NCBI GenBank assembly: GCA_011109175.1
Contig: RDEW01000003.1
Span: 682,001-746,000 of the forward strand
Origin: Dicyema japonicum
Taxonomy: Eukaryota; Animalia; Dicyemida
Direction: 5' to 3'
DNA: 64,000 nt
Part shown: positions 1-12,935 of the stretch, piece by piece
How the letters are laid out: every line of letters begins with the position of its first letter
How positions within the stretch are numbered: position 1 is the first letter of the stretch
Program-made: the position numbers and the translations under genes
The notes under the pieces: model-generated
The model's input: only the letters and a program-made list of their open reading frames with translations
The model's database searches: none
Told to the model about the DNA's origin: nothing

Positions 1-620
1 AACGTACTGAGGTAAGGCCTTTGTGTTTCCCGTGTATTCCATGGATTCTTTTAAGTACTAGCCGGGCGACCACAAGTTTATGATCGCTACTTGTTTCAAG
101 TCCACCGTAAGATCTCGAGTCCTGTAGGAGGGCCTTCTGATGTTGCTTGCAGATAATATAGTCGATCTGATTGTATATATTGACTGTGTTTCCAGATTTG
201 CCTTTTCTGGTACCAACCCACGTGGTCCTGTGTCTTGCCGGGTGCTTGAAACAAGTGTTGCATATGAGTAGGTTGAATGCCGTGCAAAATTGTATTAATG
301 CCTCTCCGGGGATGTTACGGCGGTTTCTACCGTGGGATCCAATACACGTTTCACCAGGTCTTGCTTTTCCGGCCCTGGCGTTCCAGTCCCCGGCGACAAA
401 AAGAAAGTAAGAGGATGAAAGTGAGTTGTACACACTTGTGAGAGTAGAGTAAAACGTATCCAGTTCTTCGATATTCGTTGATACACGTGCTCCGGTTGGG
501 GCATATACATTTATGTTTTTTTTGAAGATCTCTCTTCTTTCTGGTGGTGTCATATAGATCCCATCTTACTGAGGAGACATCCAATTTTTTTGGCCGGCAT
601 TCAATCGGATCCATCTCTAT
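1..620 (-). mobile_element. RTE-clade non-LTR retrotransposon, apurinic endonuclease (APE) fragment
   Basis: Manual translation gives INVYAPT...FVAGDWNARAG...NTCFKHPARHRTTW...NQIDYIIC...SDHKLVVARL, typical RTE APE motifs; frameshifted. Confidence 0.8.
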
Positions 621-1189
621 TTCACTTGCTGACTATTTTCGCTCCCTGATGAGTTTCTGGAATCGACCTTTAGCTTCCCAGAAATTGCCTCTGGATTCAC
701 TGTGCTTGGATGAAGGCTTTACTGGAACATCACGTGTCAAAGTCACGGGATTAGTTATTTTGCTTTACCCTTGGGTTAAATTCAACTAAAGTCTTTAGTA
801 TCCTTATCGATCCATGACTCAGCAGGTGGGACGAGAAAATCAGATAGTTTATAATATTGGCACGTGTGAAATTGTAATAAACATAATATGGTCGAAAGCC
901 GAAATCCGATTTTCAATAATTGTCAAAAAATTAAAATAAATCAATTTTTTTCAAAACGATAAAAACTAATCACAGTTAACTATTTTTAGCTGTCTATAAT
1001 TAACTTTCGTCACTGAACCTTTTTTATGTTGAACGTATATAACTCAAATCGTCAAATTGTTTCAGTGGCACTGCGAAATTTGAAAACATTGCTGTCATTT
1101 ACCACTTACAAATAATGCATCTTTTAATTCTGCAAATCTCCTTTCGACAAAACGAGGCATTATGTCTACAATTATTTGTCTGGTTAATT

Positions 1190-1845
1190 TCTCGAAGCAA
1201 TTAGTTCGCATTTCTTCTGTGCCCTGTTGGTGTTGTCACAAACTTTGGCGTCTGTCAACTACTTTGAGATAAAGCTTTCCGTTAATTATAATACAATTTT
1301 CAGTTTTCTTTTTTGTCGCGTACTCTTAACTTTCGTAATATTTACATTAATATATTGCAAAGATATCCTTGTGAGTTGATCGAAAAATCTATCAGTTTTC
1401 TAGCAGACTTAATCCTTTCAATGAGTATGATTGAAACGTGTCGTTCACAATAGGTAACATGACAATTGATCGCACGTTAGTATTTCTCAAAAAAAACTTG
1501 AAGAATTACAAAATAAAATTTCTCGAGCAATAGTTCGCATTTCTTCTGTGCCTGTTGGTGTTATCACAAACTTGTGGCGTCTGTCAACTACTTTGAGATA
1601 AAGCTTTCCGTTAATTATAATACAATTTTCATTTTTCTTTTTTGTCGGTACTTCTTAACTTTTGTAATATTTACATTAATATATTACAAGATATCCTTGT
1701 GAGTTGATCGTAAATCTATCAGTATTTTTTCTAGCAGACTTAATCCTTTCAATGAGCATGATTGAGCGTGTCGTCACAATAGGTAACATGACAATTGATC
1801 GCACGTTAGTATTTCTAAAAAACTTGAAGAATTACAAAATAAAAT
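1190..1845. repeat. Tandem duplication of a ~330 bp unit
   Basis: Units ~1190-1520 and ~1521-1845 both begin tctcga(a)gcaat(t)agttcgcatttcttctgtgcc and end ...gaagaattacaaaataaaat. Confidence 0.85.
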
Positions 1846-2829
1846 CAATAAAAGTTTAACTTTATTGATCTAAAAAATTAAATTTTGAATTTTTTAGCCT
1901 AGCTAACAGTATCGGATCGCGAATAGGAAAAATGATGGGATAGCTCAATGAGCCCTTGCAATCGTCAGTAGAAATGCGTTCTCAATCATGAGAGCAGCCA
2001 GTTATTGATAACTGTTAGTTGCCTTTAATTGGCTTAATATATAATTTTTATAATCCTGCTGAGGTAATTGAGTGGCTTTTTCACCTGACAAATTCCAGAG
2101 AAATCCTTTGGAACAGCCACTCGGTTTCCCGACGTTGGATACCATGGACCCAAGCGATCTTAGGAAAGATACCATTTTGGGCCCAAAGACTTTGCTCGTC
2201 TTGACGACTACGGGCTGTACATAGAATCTTGTTGAGAGGTTGTCATATTCTCTTATTTTTTTAATTCTCGAAAGTTCGAGCAGTCACTCCAGCTTTTTAA
2301 AGCGGAGCCTGAAAGTCTGAGAAAAAATGTCGGTGCAGGACCCATCCTAAATCTTGCACTTCCCTGAGAGAAAGGGAAGATTATTTAAAACAGCATTTAT
2401 TAACTTTTGATGCAACTTAAAAAACAGCTTTCCACCTCTAAGCTGCATTGCACATTAAAAGTTAATAAAATTCCTGACAACTCATATACGTGAAGATGCA
2501 ATGTCATATTTGAAATCCACATATAAGAATTACCTTCGGGTTTAAGACAACAACCACATGCTCCTCAGTAGCACACATCTCAAATCTTCTAATGAATATG
2601 CAGGACCATTAAATTTGTATTTTAAAAATAAAACCTTAATTGAAAAATATGAGCATGCGGACAGAAACGAGACACTGAGTATGATTGACAGTTATAAAGA
2701 CACTAAAAAATTTAGTTCAGTATAAACTATTTTTTTTAATTTTTATAGATTTTGGGTCACCAAAATATGAGAAACGCTGATCTTAAAGGACTCACACGTA
2801 ACAAAAAGAAATAAGTTAAGAGCAGAATA

Positions 2830-2945
2830 AGTTAGAGGTTCAATTAGACAAGGCGCTCTCGGAGTTGTTTCAGCAACCAGAATCGAACCTGCCTGAGGAG
2901 GCTGGCGAACAGGCAGGCGAGGAAGGTTGTTGATTAAATATATTA
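2830..2945 (+). repeat. Interspersed repeat family D (short 3' copy)
   Basis: Homologous to 14920-15200 and 50160-50250 (ggttcaatt.gaca.ggcgctctc..agttgttt.agcaaccagaatcgaacctgcctgagga). Confidence 0.7.
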
Positions 2946-2984
2946 ACTTTTTTATCGTTTGTTAAATAAAGTGGGATTAAAAAT

Positions 2985-3207
2985 TTCCAAAGACCAAGGG
3001 TAACCGAACTAACTAGCTCCTCGATCCTGACTCGTTCCAGCATTTCAGAACTTGTCATTAGGTAACGACATTGTCCCCAGGAAAGAATTGTTGGATCCTC
3101 TTGATGATGGCCAGGCATTGGGAGCATCCTCAGTAAGGTGGATCCAGTGACGCTAAGGAAGGAAAATAATTTTGACAAACTATTCACGTAGCACCACATG
3201 GCGCCAC
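2985..3207 (-). mobile_element. Non-autonomous SINE-like element, family A (copy 1)
   Basis: ~220 bp, three homologous copies in the window; begins gtggcgccatgtggtgc, has a structured core, ends gttacccttggtctttg followed by AT-rich sequence. Confidence 0.75.
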
Positions 3208-3674
3208 ACGTTTTGATAATTAATCGAGAAATGATGCAAAGAAATGAGTATTGTTACTTCTTTTTGTTGCGTGAGCCCATGAAAAAATCCTGTCAGCAGT
3301 GATGAACTACCATGATGGCTTCACTCGTCAATACAAAAAACATCGTAGATGGGTGGAACTTCTATTTAAACCAGTGACCATCTGGATTTTGTCCGGAACG
3401 TCTGAAATTAGAATTATTTATTTAGAACCCCGGGATCAGCAAAAAGAAAAAAAGAAAAAACGTCAGACATATGTAATCCCGGTTCCCGTAATCAATTGAG
3501 CCATCCAACGTCTTTGGTCTTCCATTGTTCCCGCAATCCTGCAGAGGAATCCGGTTGGGAAAGAGATCTTTTTAACCAATCGGGTTTCTTTAAAATTTAT
3601 TATTTTATTTATTTTTGTTTTTAATAATAAATAAATTAAATTAAAAATGAATAAATTCAATTTGAATAATCGGC

Positions 3675-4078
3675 ATGGTTTTTATGTTCGCACGTAGTCT
3701 TTTACGCATGATGGGGAGAACCGTCAAAATTAGTTCACCTCACGGAAAAACTTTATATCAGCAAATGGTATTTCGATGGGGATATCTTAGAATAAATCTT
3801 TGCTGCAAAGTCCGAGGGTTTTTCTGTGCTCCGCTGGAACAAATAGGGAAATTGTAAAAGAGAAGGTTTTCCAGGCTTTATATGAATTCGATAAAATTGA
3901 GAGAGACAAAGTCACTTTGGATTCACACTTTGTGAACGACTTGGGGTTGGACTCTCTGGATCAGGTCGAAGTTATAATGAAGATGGAGGAGGTCTTTAAA
4001 TATGAGATTCCTGATCAAGATGCCGAACAACTACATACTCCCGGTGATGTTATCGAGTATGTCCTTAACAAATCATGA
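3675..4078 (+). CDS. NDUFAB1: Mitochondrial acyl carrier protein, two exons (3675-3767, 3791-4078), ~126 aa
   Basis: DLGLDSLDQVEVIM phosphopantetheine motif and EIPDQDAE. A 23-nt GT-AG intron (3768-3790) joins a basic transit-like N-terminus in frame. Confidence 0.9.
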
Positions 4079-4142
4079 CTTTTTGTTCTTCCCTGTTAGC
4101 TCTTTGTTTTAATCTTCTTAATTTTATTAAATTAAAATTATT

Positions 4143-4365
4143 TACAAAGACCAATGGTAACCAAACTAACTAACTCCTCGCTCCTGACTTGCTCCAGCAT
4201 TTCAGAACTTGTCACTAGGTAACGACGCTGTCCTCGGGGAAGAATTGTTGGATCCTCTTGATGCCGGCCAAGCATTGGGCGCCTCCTCAGTAAGGTCCAT
4301 TGACGCAAGCGAAAAGAAGGAAAATAATTTTGACAAACTATTCACGTAGCACCACATGGCGCCAC
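4143..4365 (-). mobile_element. Family A SINE-like element (copy 2)
   Basis: Homologous to 2985-3207 over its full length, with a small deletion in the core. Confidence 0.75.
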
Positions 4366-4954
4366 GTGATGATCATCGATTACACATGATGCCACATTAG
4401 ATAATATTGTTCGTTATCTCAGCTATAATCGATTAGCACATGCCATGTCTCAGTGGGAAAGATTTAGAACTTGGATTGTTCTCGTCAGTAGGGTTTTCTT
4501 AGTTTTAATTATTCTTTCAATCAATAAATAGCTTTACTGTTTTTGTCAAGAAGGCCGATTCAGTAGAAGGAGCAACACTGCTAGTCGTCCTTCAGAAGGA
4601 TTTGTAACAACTCGATTCCGTCGACTACCTGGACTCGTTGACACCCTATAACAGAGAAGCGTGGAAGAGATTGATATTTAATTTTGCTTCTTTTACTTCA
4701 CATGCGGCTCTCGTGAAAGTGCTGATAATAATTAATGGATTGAGCCATTTGGGTTTATGGTACCTGGCTCCCGAAGATGCTTGTAGGAGAGAGTAGATCT
4801 GTTTACTTTTTTTTACAATTTTGCCTGTTTGTCTTTCATTTAAGTTTGAAGGAGAAATCAAGTTGAAATAAACAATGAACTTATCCTAACTTTCTGAAAA
4901 TCTTTTTAAAGAATTAAGAAACTTGGACGCTTAGCTACACTAAAAAGCCACGAC

Positions 4955-5065
4955 GCACGTGAGACCCGGTGGCTCCTCCAGTTGATCTCTGTTGCAATCG
5001 TGAGAAGCAACGCAACGTCGATAATGTCGGGGGGTCCACTTTGGATGGATGGCCGTGTTAATTAA
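4955..5065 (+). mobile_element. CRE-clade retrotransposon 3' remnant
   Basis: RETRWLLQLISVAIVRSNATSIM resembles the CRE C-terminus; second copy at 31815-31920 (-). Confidence 0.55.
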
Positions 5066-5529
5066 TTATCTTAATTATTTTCATTAATAAAATATTTAAA
5101 TTAATGGAATACTTGGCCACGTGGATTCCATTATGTGTCAATAAATGACAAGTTCAGCAAAATACCCTAATCTGATTAAAAATCACTACTATTGGGGGAG
5201 ATAAGCTATTCCGTAAATAGAAAATCAGTCAACTTAAGAATCAAACTCGATTATAGCCATTGGTTAGCTTGTTGGGGGATTGAGTCGTTGGTATACATTT
5301 ATTGCGGGAAAATGTCTTTATGGCTGATTTAATCCTCATCCCCGTTTTCTCGTGTGAGTATACTAAGTCAGAGGAGAGGAGATTTTTGGCTGCTTTAAGT
5401 CCTCCATTTATTTTATTTTTTAAGGAGAAAGCATGTTGACCTTAAAATAAACACGAATTGTCCGTTGTTTATACGAATTCTCTGAAGTTCGTTTTAATTG
5501 AATAATTGGCAGCACCTCAAGATCTTGCT

Positions 5530-6090
5530 CGAATGGTCTTTCTCTGAAGCCTTAAAGCATGGGATTCATGGAGGATAAAGTTATTGGTTGGATGCCTGGC
5601 CAATCCCTCGAGTCGGGACTTTTCTCGACAATGAGAGCCTTCGCATTGACATTTTATCCCGCCTTGGTCTGGATGTGAGGCACATTGATGTCAATATTGG
5701 GAGATGATTAATTGAAAAGGAATTCACTTCCACTCCTGCAAGAAGAGCTCAGGAAAATATCCAGACACACGGCACTAAATGATATTATTTGAAACTGGTG
5801 GGTTCCATTCTACCATCGAACTTGTTGGACTTGATCTGGGAGATGGGAGAAGACCAGACGAGATGATGATCTTCCGTTTCATTCCAATTGCCTTTAAGAC
5901 TTTGGGTGTGGTCGGGCCTGTCATCAGAGGTGTCCTCCGAGAAAGTAGAATCGCAATCTCGTCTGGGAGATCCTTGGGGGTGTTGGTTCCCCGAATTGAA
6001 TTATTCGTGACAATACTCACTGTCTCTTGGCAGTTGGTTTGTTTCTTCTGTCTAACAATTTATTGGGGTGCTGATTCCATTATGCTCGTC
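5530..6090 (-). mobile_element. Decayed LINE endonuclease/linker remnant
   Basis: INHLPILTSM resembles the APE SDHLP motif; broken frames. Confidence 0.3.
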
Positions 6091-6769
6091 AGTAAACGAC
6101 AAGTTCAAAAAAATAACCTACTTTAGTTAAATCATTGCTTTAAACAAAAATGGTCTATGCCGTAATGAGAAAAGCGGTCAACTCGTCAAGTAGTCGAGTG
6201 GTAGTATAGCTCTAGTCCTCTAAATACAAAAAAATGGGGGATTCGAGATACGCGAGGCTTCAAAAACTGATGAAAAGGTGGATCATGTTAGGAATTTAAT
6301 AGTATCCGGTACCAAGCCTTGAGTTGGTGGTGGGGGACTCTGACTGTAGTCCCCTTTAATTGTACAAGAAAATCATGAGATTATTAATTCTTTAAAGAAT
6401 AATGATTGAGGAGATCCATTTTACATACGTTTACATTCTGGCAGTCTCGTCAGGAATGACGCTCAAGACTGACTTTTAGTCAAAGTCGTTTGACTACTCT
6501 CTAATTTCTAGAAGTTGTAATAATGAAAAGGTGATAAATACTAAGAGGTTCTTCTTTAGGGTGATTATATGGGAGTACCGTGAAGATTAAAACCACAACA
6601 ACTGGAATACTATTAAACTAACATAATTTGATTCAATATCTGTTAAGTCATGCAAGTGCTTTGTCCAGCACGATAGAGTTTGTCGAAACAGTCAATTTTT
6701 TACTGTCCCCACTATTAGTTATTAATTTTATTAATTTCCATGATAATTGTTTGCTACCAGGCACCCTTT

Positions 6770-6890
6770 ATGCTTGAACCATTAGGCCTTTGACGGCGTG
6801 ACGGAAAATGACCCAAATGGGGTGATCATCTTCCCCTTTGAACCTAGGGAACCTCTTGTCTGGTAAGTCACTTGCACCGACTCTTTATAT
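6770..6890 (+). mobile_element. CRE-clade restriction-like endonuclease remnant
   Basis: LEPLGL*RRDGK*PNGVIIFPFEPREPLVW*VTC matches the [19 protein letters not shown]...K.LVWD.TC motif. Confidence 0.6.
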
Positions 6891-7975
6891 ATGAAAATTG
6901 TGACGTCATTTGATCCACCTGTCTAAAGAGACACTCATCGCCTGGCCTGCATATAAAAAAGATCACACCTTTCTCTAGTAACTGGAGGGTTCTCTTAATG
7001 GCGGATATGGAGGGACTGGAAAGTGTAAGTTTTATTCTGACATGGTAACTGGGATCACACTCTTTTTCTTTCTTTTTAATCGGGAGATCATGAAGAATAA
7101 ATGCAGATTATCTTCTGAACAACTCTTGATCACCCCACGTATTTCAATTGTCCATAGGAAAATAATATATCATTCCAAAACTAAGCCATAGCTGCAGTCT
7201 CTTGAATTCAAATAAAATCTCATTTAAAATTAATGATATCTTGGAATGAATACATCTCCCTTCGCTGGCCTGATTTTTACTCTTTTAAGGTTTACTCTTT
7301 GGTAAGCCCAGCACAATATCATAACTAGGGCATTTTTTATGGCAACTAAAATTTCAAAAAATGGAATATATAACATCTAAAAATGAATTCGTCATTCAAT
7401 AGTGTGTGAAGTTGCAGTATAGTTTAGATAAACTTTGATAAAGAAAATTGTTTTATTTTTAATTACACAAACACTCAACAACTACTAGAGGTTCCTTTCG
7501 AGAAAGGTTGACCGCTCTCATACTTAATAATCCAGCTCCTTTCTCTAATATCCTTCTTCATCCGATATGTTCAGCAGGGTCAGTGATCTGCTTCCAAGAT
7601 AAACAACATATTCTTCAATATGCCTGGCCCTAATTCTTATTAAACTGGCATATATTAATAAAAATGACCCTTGCATGAAAAATGTAATTTTATGGCAAAA
7701 AATTGCCCCAGTGATAACATAAAAATTGTCAACCTTTATGGTGCTTTCTTCGGTAGTCATTGTGTCTTGGAGATAAGAAACGCTGATGTGCTGACTCCAA
7801 AGATCCCGTGCAAGCTGGTCTTTTTTGTGACTGGATTTCAGTCCTCTTTTGTTAAAGCTTCCGAGAGAGAATGTGGAAGACGTTGTGAGCCACGAAAAAG
7901 GCATCTGTGCAAGAGAGGCACGTCACCACCTCAACAAAAAATGGCATTATTTATTTAACCCAAGAACACCAATAG

Positions 7976-10070
7976 TTAATTTAATTGTAGTAAACTAATT
8001 AGGTGATCCCGGCCGCCCCCATCAGGTCTCTCATCTTTTTCCGGTGGACCTTCCGAGATCCAACACAGCTTCTCTGAGGACGGGAGGGTTTTGAAAGAAT
8101 ACAAGAGGGTGATATAAAATCTTCTAGTAAGACCCAATCCATTAGAGCATTGTAGGAAGTTGGATTTTCGACACAGAGCGGCGAATCCCTTCCCATTTTG
8201 TCCGATAAGGTCTTCCAGAGAGGTGGGTGTGAGACTGACTGTTCTCACGAGCTTGCCGATAGTTGTAGCTGATAGGGACTGAATGTCACTGATTTTCTGT
8301 TTGTTCGTCCGGGGTAGGTTGATTCCCCAAGACGCACAGGCGTAGCTGATAGATGGCTCAATGAATTGTTTATGTAGTAGTTTCAATGCTGGGAAAGGGG
8401 TTCTGATGCCACCAAAAATAGATTTCATCAAACCAATCTTTCTTGAGCAGGTTCCGGATATATATTCGACATGAGAGAAAAAGGTCATGTGCGTGTCAAA
8501 GGCGACTCCTAAGATTTTCAATTTCTTCGTAAAAGGTATTTTAGTTTGGTTGATAAATAAATCAACGGTCATTCTTCCAAGACGTTTGTCTGAGGTAAAT
8601 AGGGATGTGGAGGACTTCTCAGGAGATATATCAAGTCTGTTGGAGATTAACCAATTTTGAATCACGTGTAGTTGTTTTTGAACTCTTTCTAAGGCTTTTA
8701 GGAGATCCTGGTCACGGGATCCAATTAGAATGTCATCAGCATAGGAGAGGAGAAGATCGTCTTTATCAACTGATCGTGGCAAATCGGACATAAAAAGGTT
8801 AAATAAGGGGGGACAAAGGAGAGTCTTTCGGAACACAATTGGGAAGTAGTCTCGAAAGTGATTTGGTCCCATCCATACAAACCCGGGCCCTTCTCCCGCT
8901 GAGGAAATTCGAAAGTCAGAGTTTTAGATTGGGGTTAATGGAGAGTCCAAATAATTTCCTGGTTAAGATTTTCCTGGAGACAGAGTCAAAGGCTTTACGC
9001 AGATCCACAGAGCAGACGATGGTTTTGAGGTGACGAGGACTTGAGTTGAAGCCATCAAGGATAAATTGATTGAGAGAAGTAAGGTGGGTGGACGTTGAAT
9101 AGAACTTTCTGAAGCCATGTTGAGAGGAACTGAAGGGAAGGGACGGGGAAATGAGATCAAGTACCAGTTTTTCCAATAATTTTGAAAATGAACATAATAG
9201 AGAAATTGGTCGGTATGAGGCGGGATTGTTTTTGTCCTTGCCAGGTTTTGGTATTGGGCGTATGTGGGAAAGTTTCCAAATCGTAGGGATGGAATTCATG
9301 TTCAAAGAATAGTTAAAAATACGGGAGATTACCCCAATAGTAACCGGTCCAAGGTGTTTAAGAAGTATTGAAAGGATGCCATCTGGACCACAAGAGCGGG
9401 AGGGATTAATCATCTTCAAGCTTTCGAATACGTTTGAATGAAAAATAAAGGTGATCGGCGGGATTCTTTTAGGTCTCATCGAGAACAAAGAGGGTCCATC
9501 CATTTTCTTGAATGTTTTGTGACTTATACCGGTATAATACTTTATTAGTTTATTTAAGCTGTGTTGGTCTGTCTTTTTTTCGAGGTGGAGTTTTCTTTAG
9601 GCCAAGTCTTTTTATTGCATTCCGGACCATCTGGGCAGATTTATGAAAAGGGAGAGAGCAGATTCGCTTTTCCCACTTGTTTGCTTCAGCCCTTCTGATC
9701 CTTCTTGAAATTTCATCATTGAGAGACTTTGTCTGGGATTTCTGTCCCGGGAGGGGAGGTACGTGTTTTTCAAGCGGTTTTTTTCTCTGATTAGTGATTT
9801 GGTATTCTGATCCAAAATTCGTTGTAGTATTTGAACCTTCCACGAGGGATGAATCTACTACGAGCATCAAGAATTATTTTGTTCAAATGGTCGACGGCCT
9901 CATCAATAGAACAGAATATGTTCAAGTCGAAGCAAAGTAGAGCCTGGTCAACATGTTTTGAGTAGCCGTCCCGATTTGCTTTTTTGTAGTTGAATTTAAA
10001 ATAATTTATAGAGTTTGTTCTAAATATTAAATTACTGAAATTCTCACACAAAATTTATTACATAGTACAG
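7976..10070 (-). mobile_element. L2/CR1-like LINE reverse transcriptase, 5'-truncated and frameshifted
   Basis: GPDGILSILLKHLG, YRPISLLCSFSKLLEK, DLRKAFDSV, LLLSYADDILI, KILGVAFD. Confidence 0.9.
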
Positions 10071-10199
10071 TATAGACGTCTAGTCCACCATTGAATCTAC
10101 TTTTCTCTAGTCCACCTTTAGACCACTTATAGTGAAGTCAAGCGGGACCACAATTTTAAATCAATAAAAGAATAAATCTGCCTTCGACTTTAATTTTGA

Positions 10200-11830
10200 A
10201 TTTTATTATTATTATTATTAAGCACTTTCCCGATGCCATGGGTCATGACAAAGCTTTGCAGAACAGGAAACAATAAGAGTTATTAAATTCATACATTTCC
10301 CTCTGTCCTAGGCAACGTCTCGAAAGGCGTCAAGGTCATCCCCGTCTTTTAATTGTTTCCCCACTGTCCGAAGGTCTCTATCCAGCGTAACGGGGAGAGT
10401 ATTTCTCGGATCCTTCCTGAAACGAGGTCCGTCAGCTTCGAAATAGTCCTCCGTGACAGAATTTGTTGGTGCCTCCAAATCCATTCTTAGAATGTGTCCA
10501 AATAGTCTCCACCTGCATGCCGTTATTTCTAGTGAGATAGGTTTGCTTGATGTCCTGGTAGCATTCATGTCGAGAGAAATGAAATCCACGTCATCCGCAT
10601 AAGCCACCACATCGATTTTTTGCTTCATAGTATGGTTTTAGCTCCCTCAATGCATCTTCCATGTATATGAAAAATAGTATGGGAGATAACGGATCCCCTT
10701 GAGGTGTCCCAGATATTGTTTCAAATGGCTTAGAGCACTTGTCCCGTACCCTGACCGATAGGTAAGTTTCTGATAAAGTACCCCTATCATCCAAGAAGAG
10801 GATTCGTCAAGGAATTCTGTGAGGACAAGCATCAATTTCTGACGAATGATTGAGTCAAAAGGTATTGACAAATCGATTCCAAGAATGTCGCGTTTTTGAA
10901 TTTTTGAATAGTAGAACAACGCCGTCTATGGCTCCAAACAATGTCAGAAGTCGATCTTCCTTCACGAAAACCGCTATGGAAAGCGGATATAAATAGTTCC
11001 GTACCAGGCTTTATTTTTTGTAGAGTAATAATTGTCAGTACTTTCCATATGTTTCATAAAGATTACTGGCCTGGGGTTCTCCACTTTTTCTTGAGCTTTG
11101 TTCGGTTTTTGGACAGGAATCTGTATCCTTCGTCCCAGGTGAAAATGGTCGTTTGTTTTAAAAATTACGTTGAACAGATCCGCAATAAGTACATGTAGGT
11201 TTTCACTTCCATACTTAAGTAGTTCTGGTTCTAGCCCATCTGGTCCTGGACATTTATTGTTTTTAAGCTTAGCGCATGCTCTTTGAACTTCTTCAGGAGT
11301 TATTTCCAACTCTAATTTCTTGGGATGGCCAGTAAATGCTGCAATTCCGTTGCTTTCTGAATTAATTTCTTAAAGTGGCCGGCAATTAGTTTTGCAGTCT
11401 GTTATCCGTCTGCCATTTTCGTCGTTTATGATTTGAGGTTGTCTGCGTTTGCCCCCACAGAGTAATCTAATCGCCTCATAGTACCTTCCATTGTCCTTCA
11501 GATCTACAAGTGCCTTGATATGTTCCTCAGTCTCGTTCCTTGACATAGTGGAAACGTACTTTCTGATTTTCTTCTTGAAATTTGTTCTTTCACGACTAAG
11601 CTCTGCTTTGATGTGCTTGTCTTCAGTGTTTAAGTATTGAAGCCAAATAGATTTTTGTTACTTCACAAGGAGTGATATCTCAGTTGTTTCACTTAGTGAT
11701 GTGCTGACAGTTTCTATGTATAGAAGTTGTTCCTCCGCTGCTCCCCGTATTGATTCTTGTATTTGTTTCCAGAGTTTGGGGATTTCTTGATTTATTTCAA
11801 AACAGCTCATCTCAATTGTATATTTTTGAA
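10200..11830 (-). mobile_element. RTE-clade LINE, 5'-truncated, with (TAA)n tail
   Basis: KCPGPDGLEPELLKYG, GTPQGDPLSP, VAYADDVDF, RWRLFGHILRM; ttattattattatta tail at ~10200. Confidence 0.9.
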
Positions 11831-11844
11831 GATTGAGGTCATTT

Positions 11845-12132
11845 ATGCCGAGAAAGAAGTTAAAGTAGACAACTAATTAAATGTATTCAGTTTCTACAGA
11901 AACAGAGTCCATCAGGAATCAACATAAAAGGTAAAAGACGTCAATAGTTGCCAGTTGTGGGACCACTCCAATGGAGTGGAGGAGAGCAAATGATCCTTTT
12001 TCGTGCCGGCCTGGCAATGGGCGCCACCTAGACAGATGGATCACATGACGCCACTCTAATAGGAAGAAAGAGGAAAAACAGACGAACAAAACAAACTTCA
12101 ACCAATTAGCTACGAAGCACCACATGGCGCAC
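11845..12132 (-). mobile_element. Non-autonomous SINE-like element, family B (copy 1)
   Basis: ~290 bp; homologous copies at 59327-59640 and 62380-62640. Confidence 0.75.
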
Positions 12133-12134
12133 GG

Positions 12135-12680
12135 TAAAACCAAACTAACTATCACGTTCCACGAAAATCCTCATCCTTTCCCGGTGCTTCTCCCTCGTGC
12201 CTACAAAAGCTCGTACTGGGCGGCTGACTGTATTTGCAGGGCCACCTTTCCAAATGCCGGAATTTAATTTTATAAGGGACTCCAGAGTAGTCGGTCCGGT
12301 TCTGTGTCTCCCACGAGTCCACTGCTCCGTGACTCTGAAAGCTTTCTTTTATACGTCCTAGATTTTCTTAGTATTCGTTCATAATAATGAAGGTTCCCAC
12401 GAAGAACACGCGTAGGAGAAGCATGGTTCAATGTATTGTTTGTAGATATTCATAAAGACCGGGTGGGTACCGGTCTTCCATATTCCAGATGAACATTTCA
12501 ATACATTGATTTTCTTCTCGAACTTCAGAACAATGTTTACCACGTGTGGTGACAAACATAAGTACGTATCCAGTGTCACGCCCAGGATCTTTTGACATTT
12601 GCTGAAGGGGATTTCAACGTTGTCCAATTTTAAGGTGACAGTCTTCTTCCCCAACCTTTTGTCCGAAGTAAACATAAACG
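12135..12680 (-). mobile_element. L2-like LINE 3' fragment
   Basis: FTSDKRLG...KILGVTLD...IEPCFSYACSSW, paralogous to the 7976-8872 ORF. Confidence 0.75.
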
Positions 12681-12935
12681 TGACTTTCTGGAATTTACCG
12701 TGAGTCGGTTCTTCATTACCCAGGCGTTGAGTCGGTCCAGGTTGAGGTCATCAGTGCTTTTTTTATTCAGATTAATTTAAATTTAAACTAAATTAAAAAA
12801 AAATTAAACTAAATTTTATATTTAACCTTTGAGACTTAGTGGTTTCTGCAAGGACTAGAGTGAATTTGAAAAGATTATACCACAATTTAATTTTTATGTA
12901 GCAACCATTATTGAAATAACTGTTTTTGACCATAA

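Noticed and set aside
6300-6640. Possible WD40 (Seh1/Sec13-like) exon remnants (YILAVSS, RVIIWEY)
   Set aside because: Motifs are too short and interrupted by stops to support a call.
6873-6886. gcaccgactc resembles a tracrRNA 3' hairpin
   Set aside because: Short chance match inside a CRE remnant; the context is eukaryotic with no arrays or cas genes.
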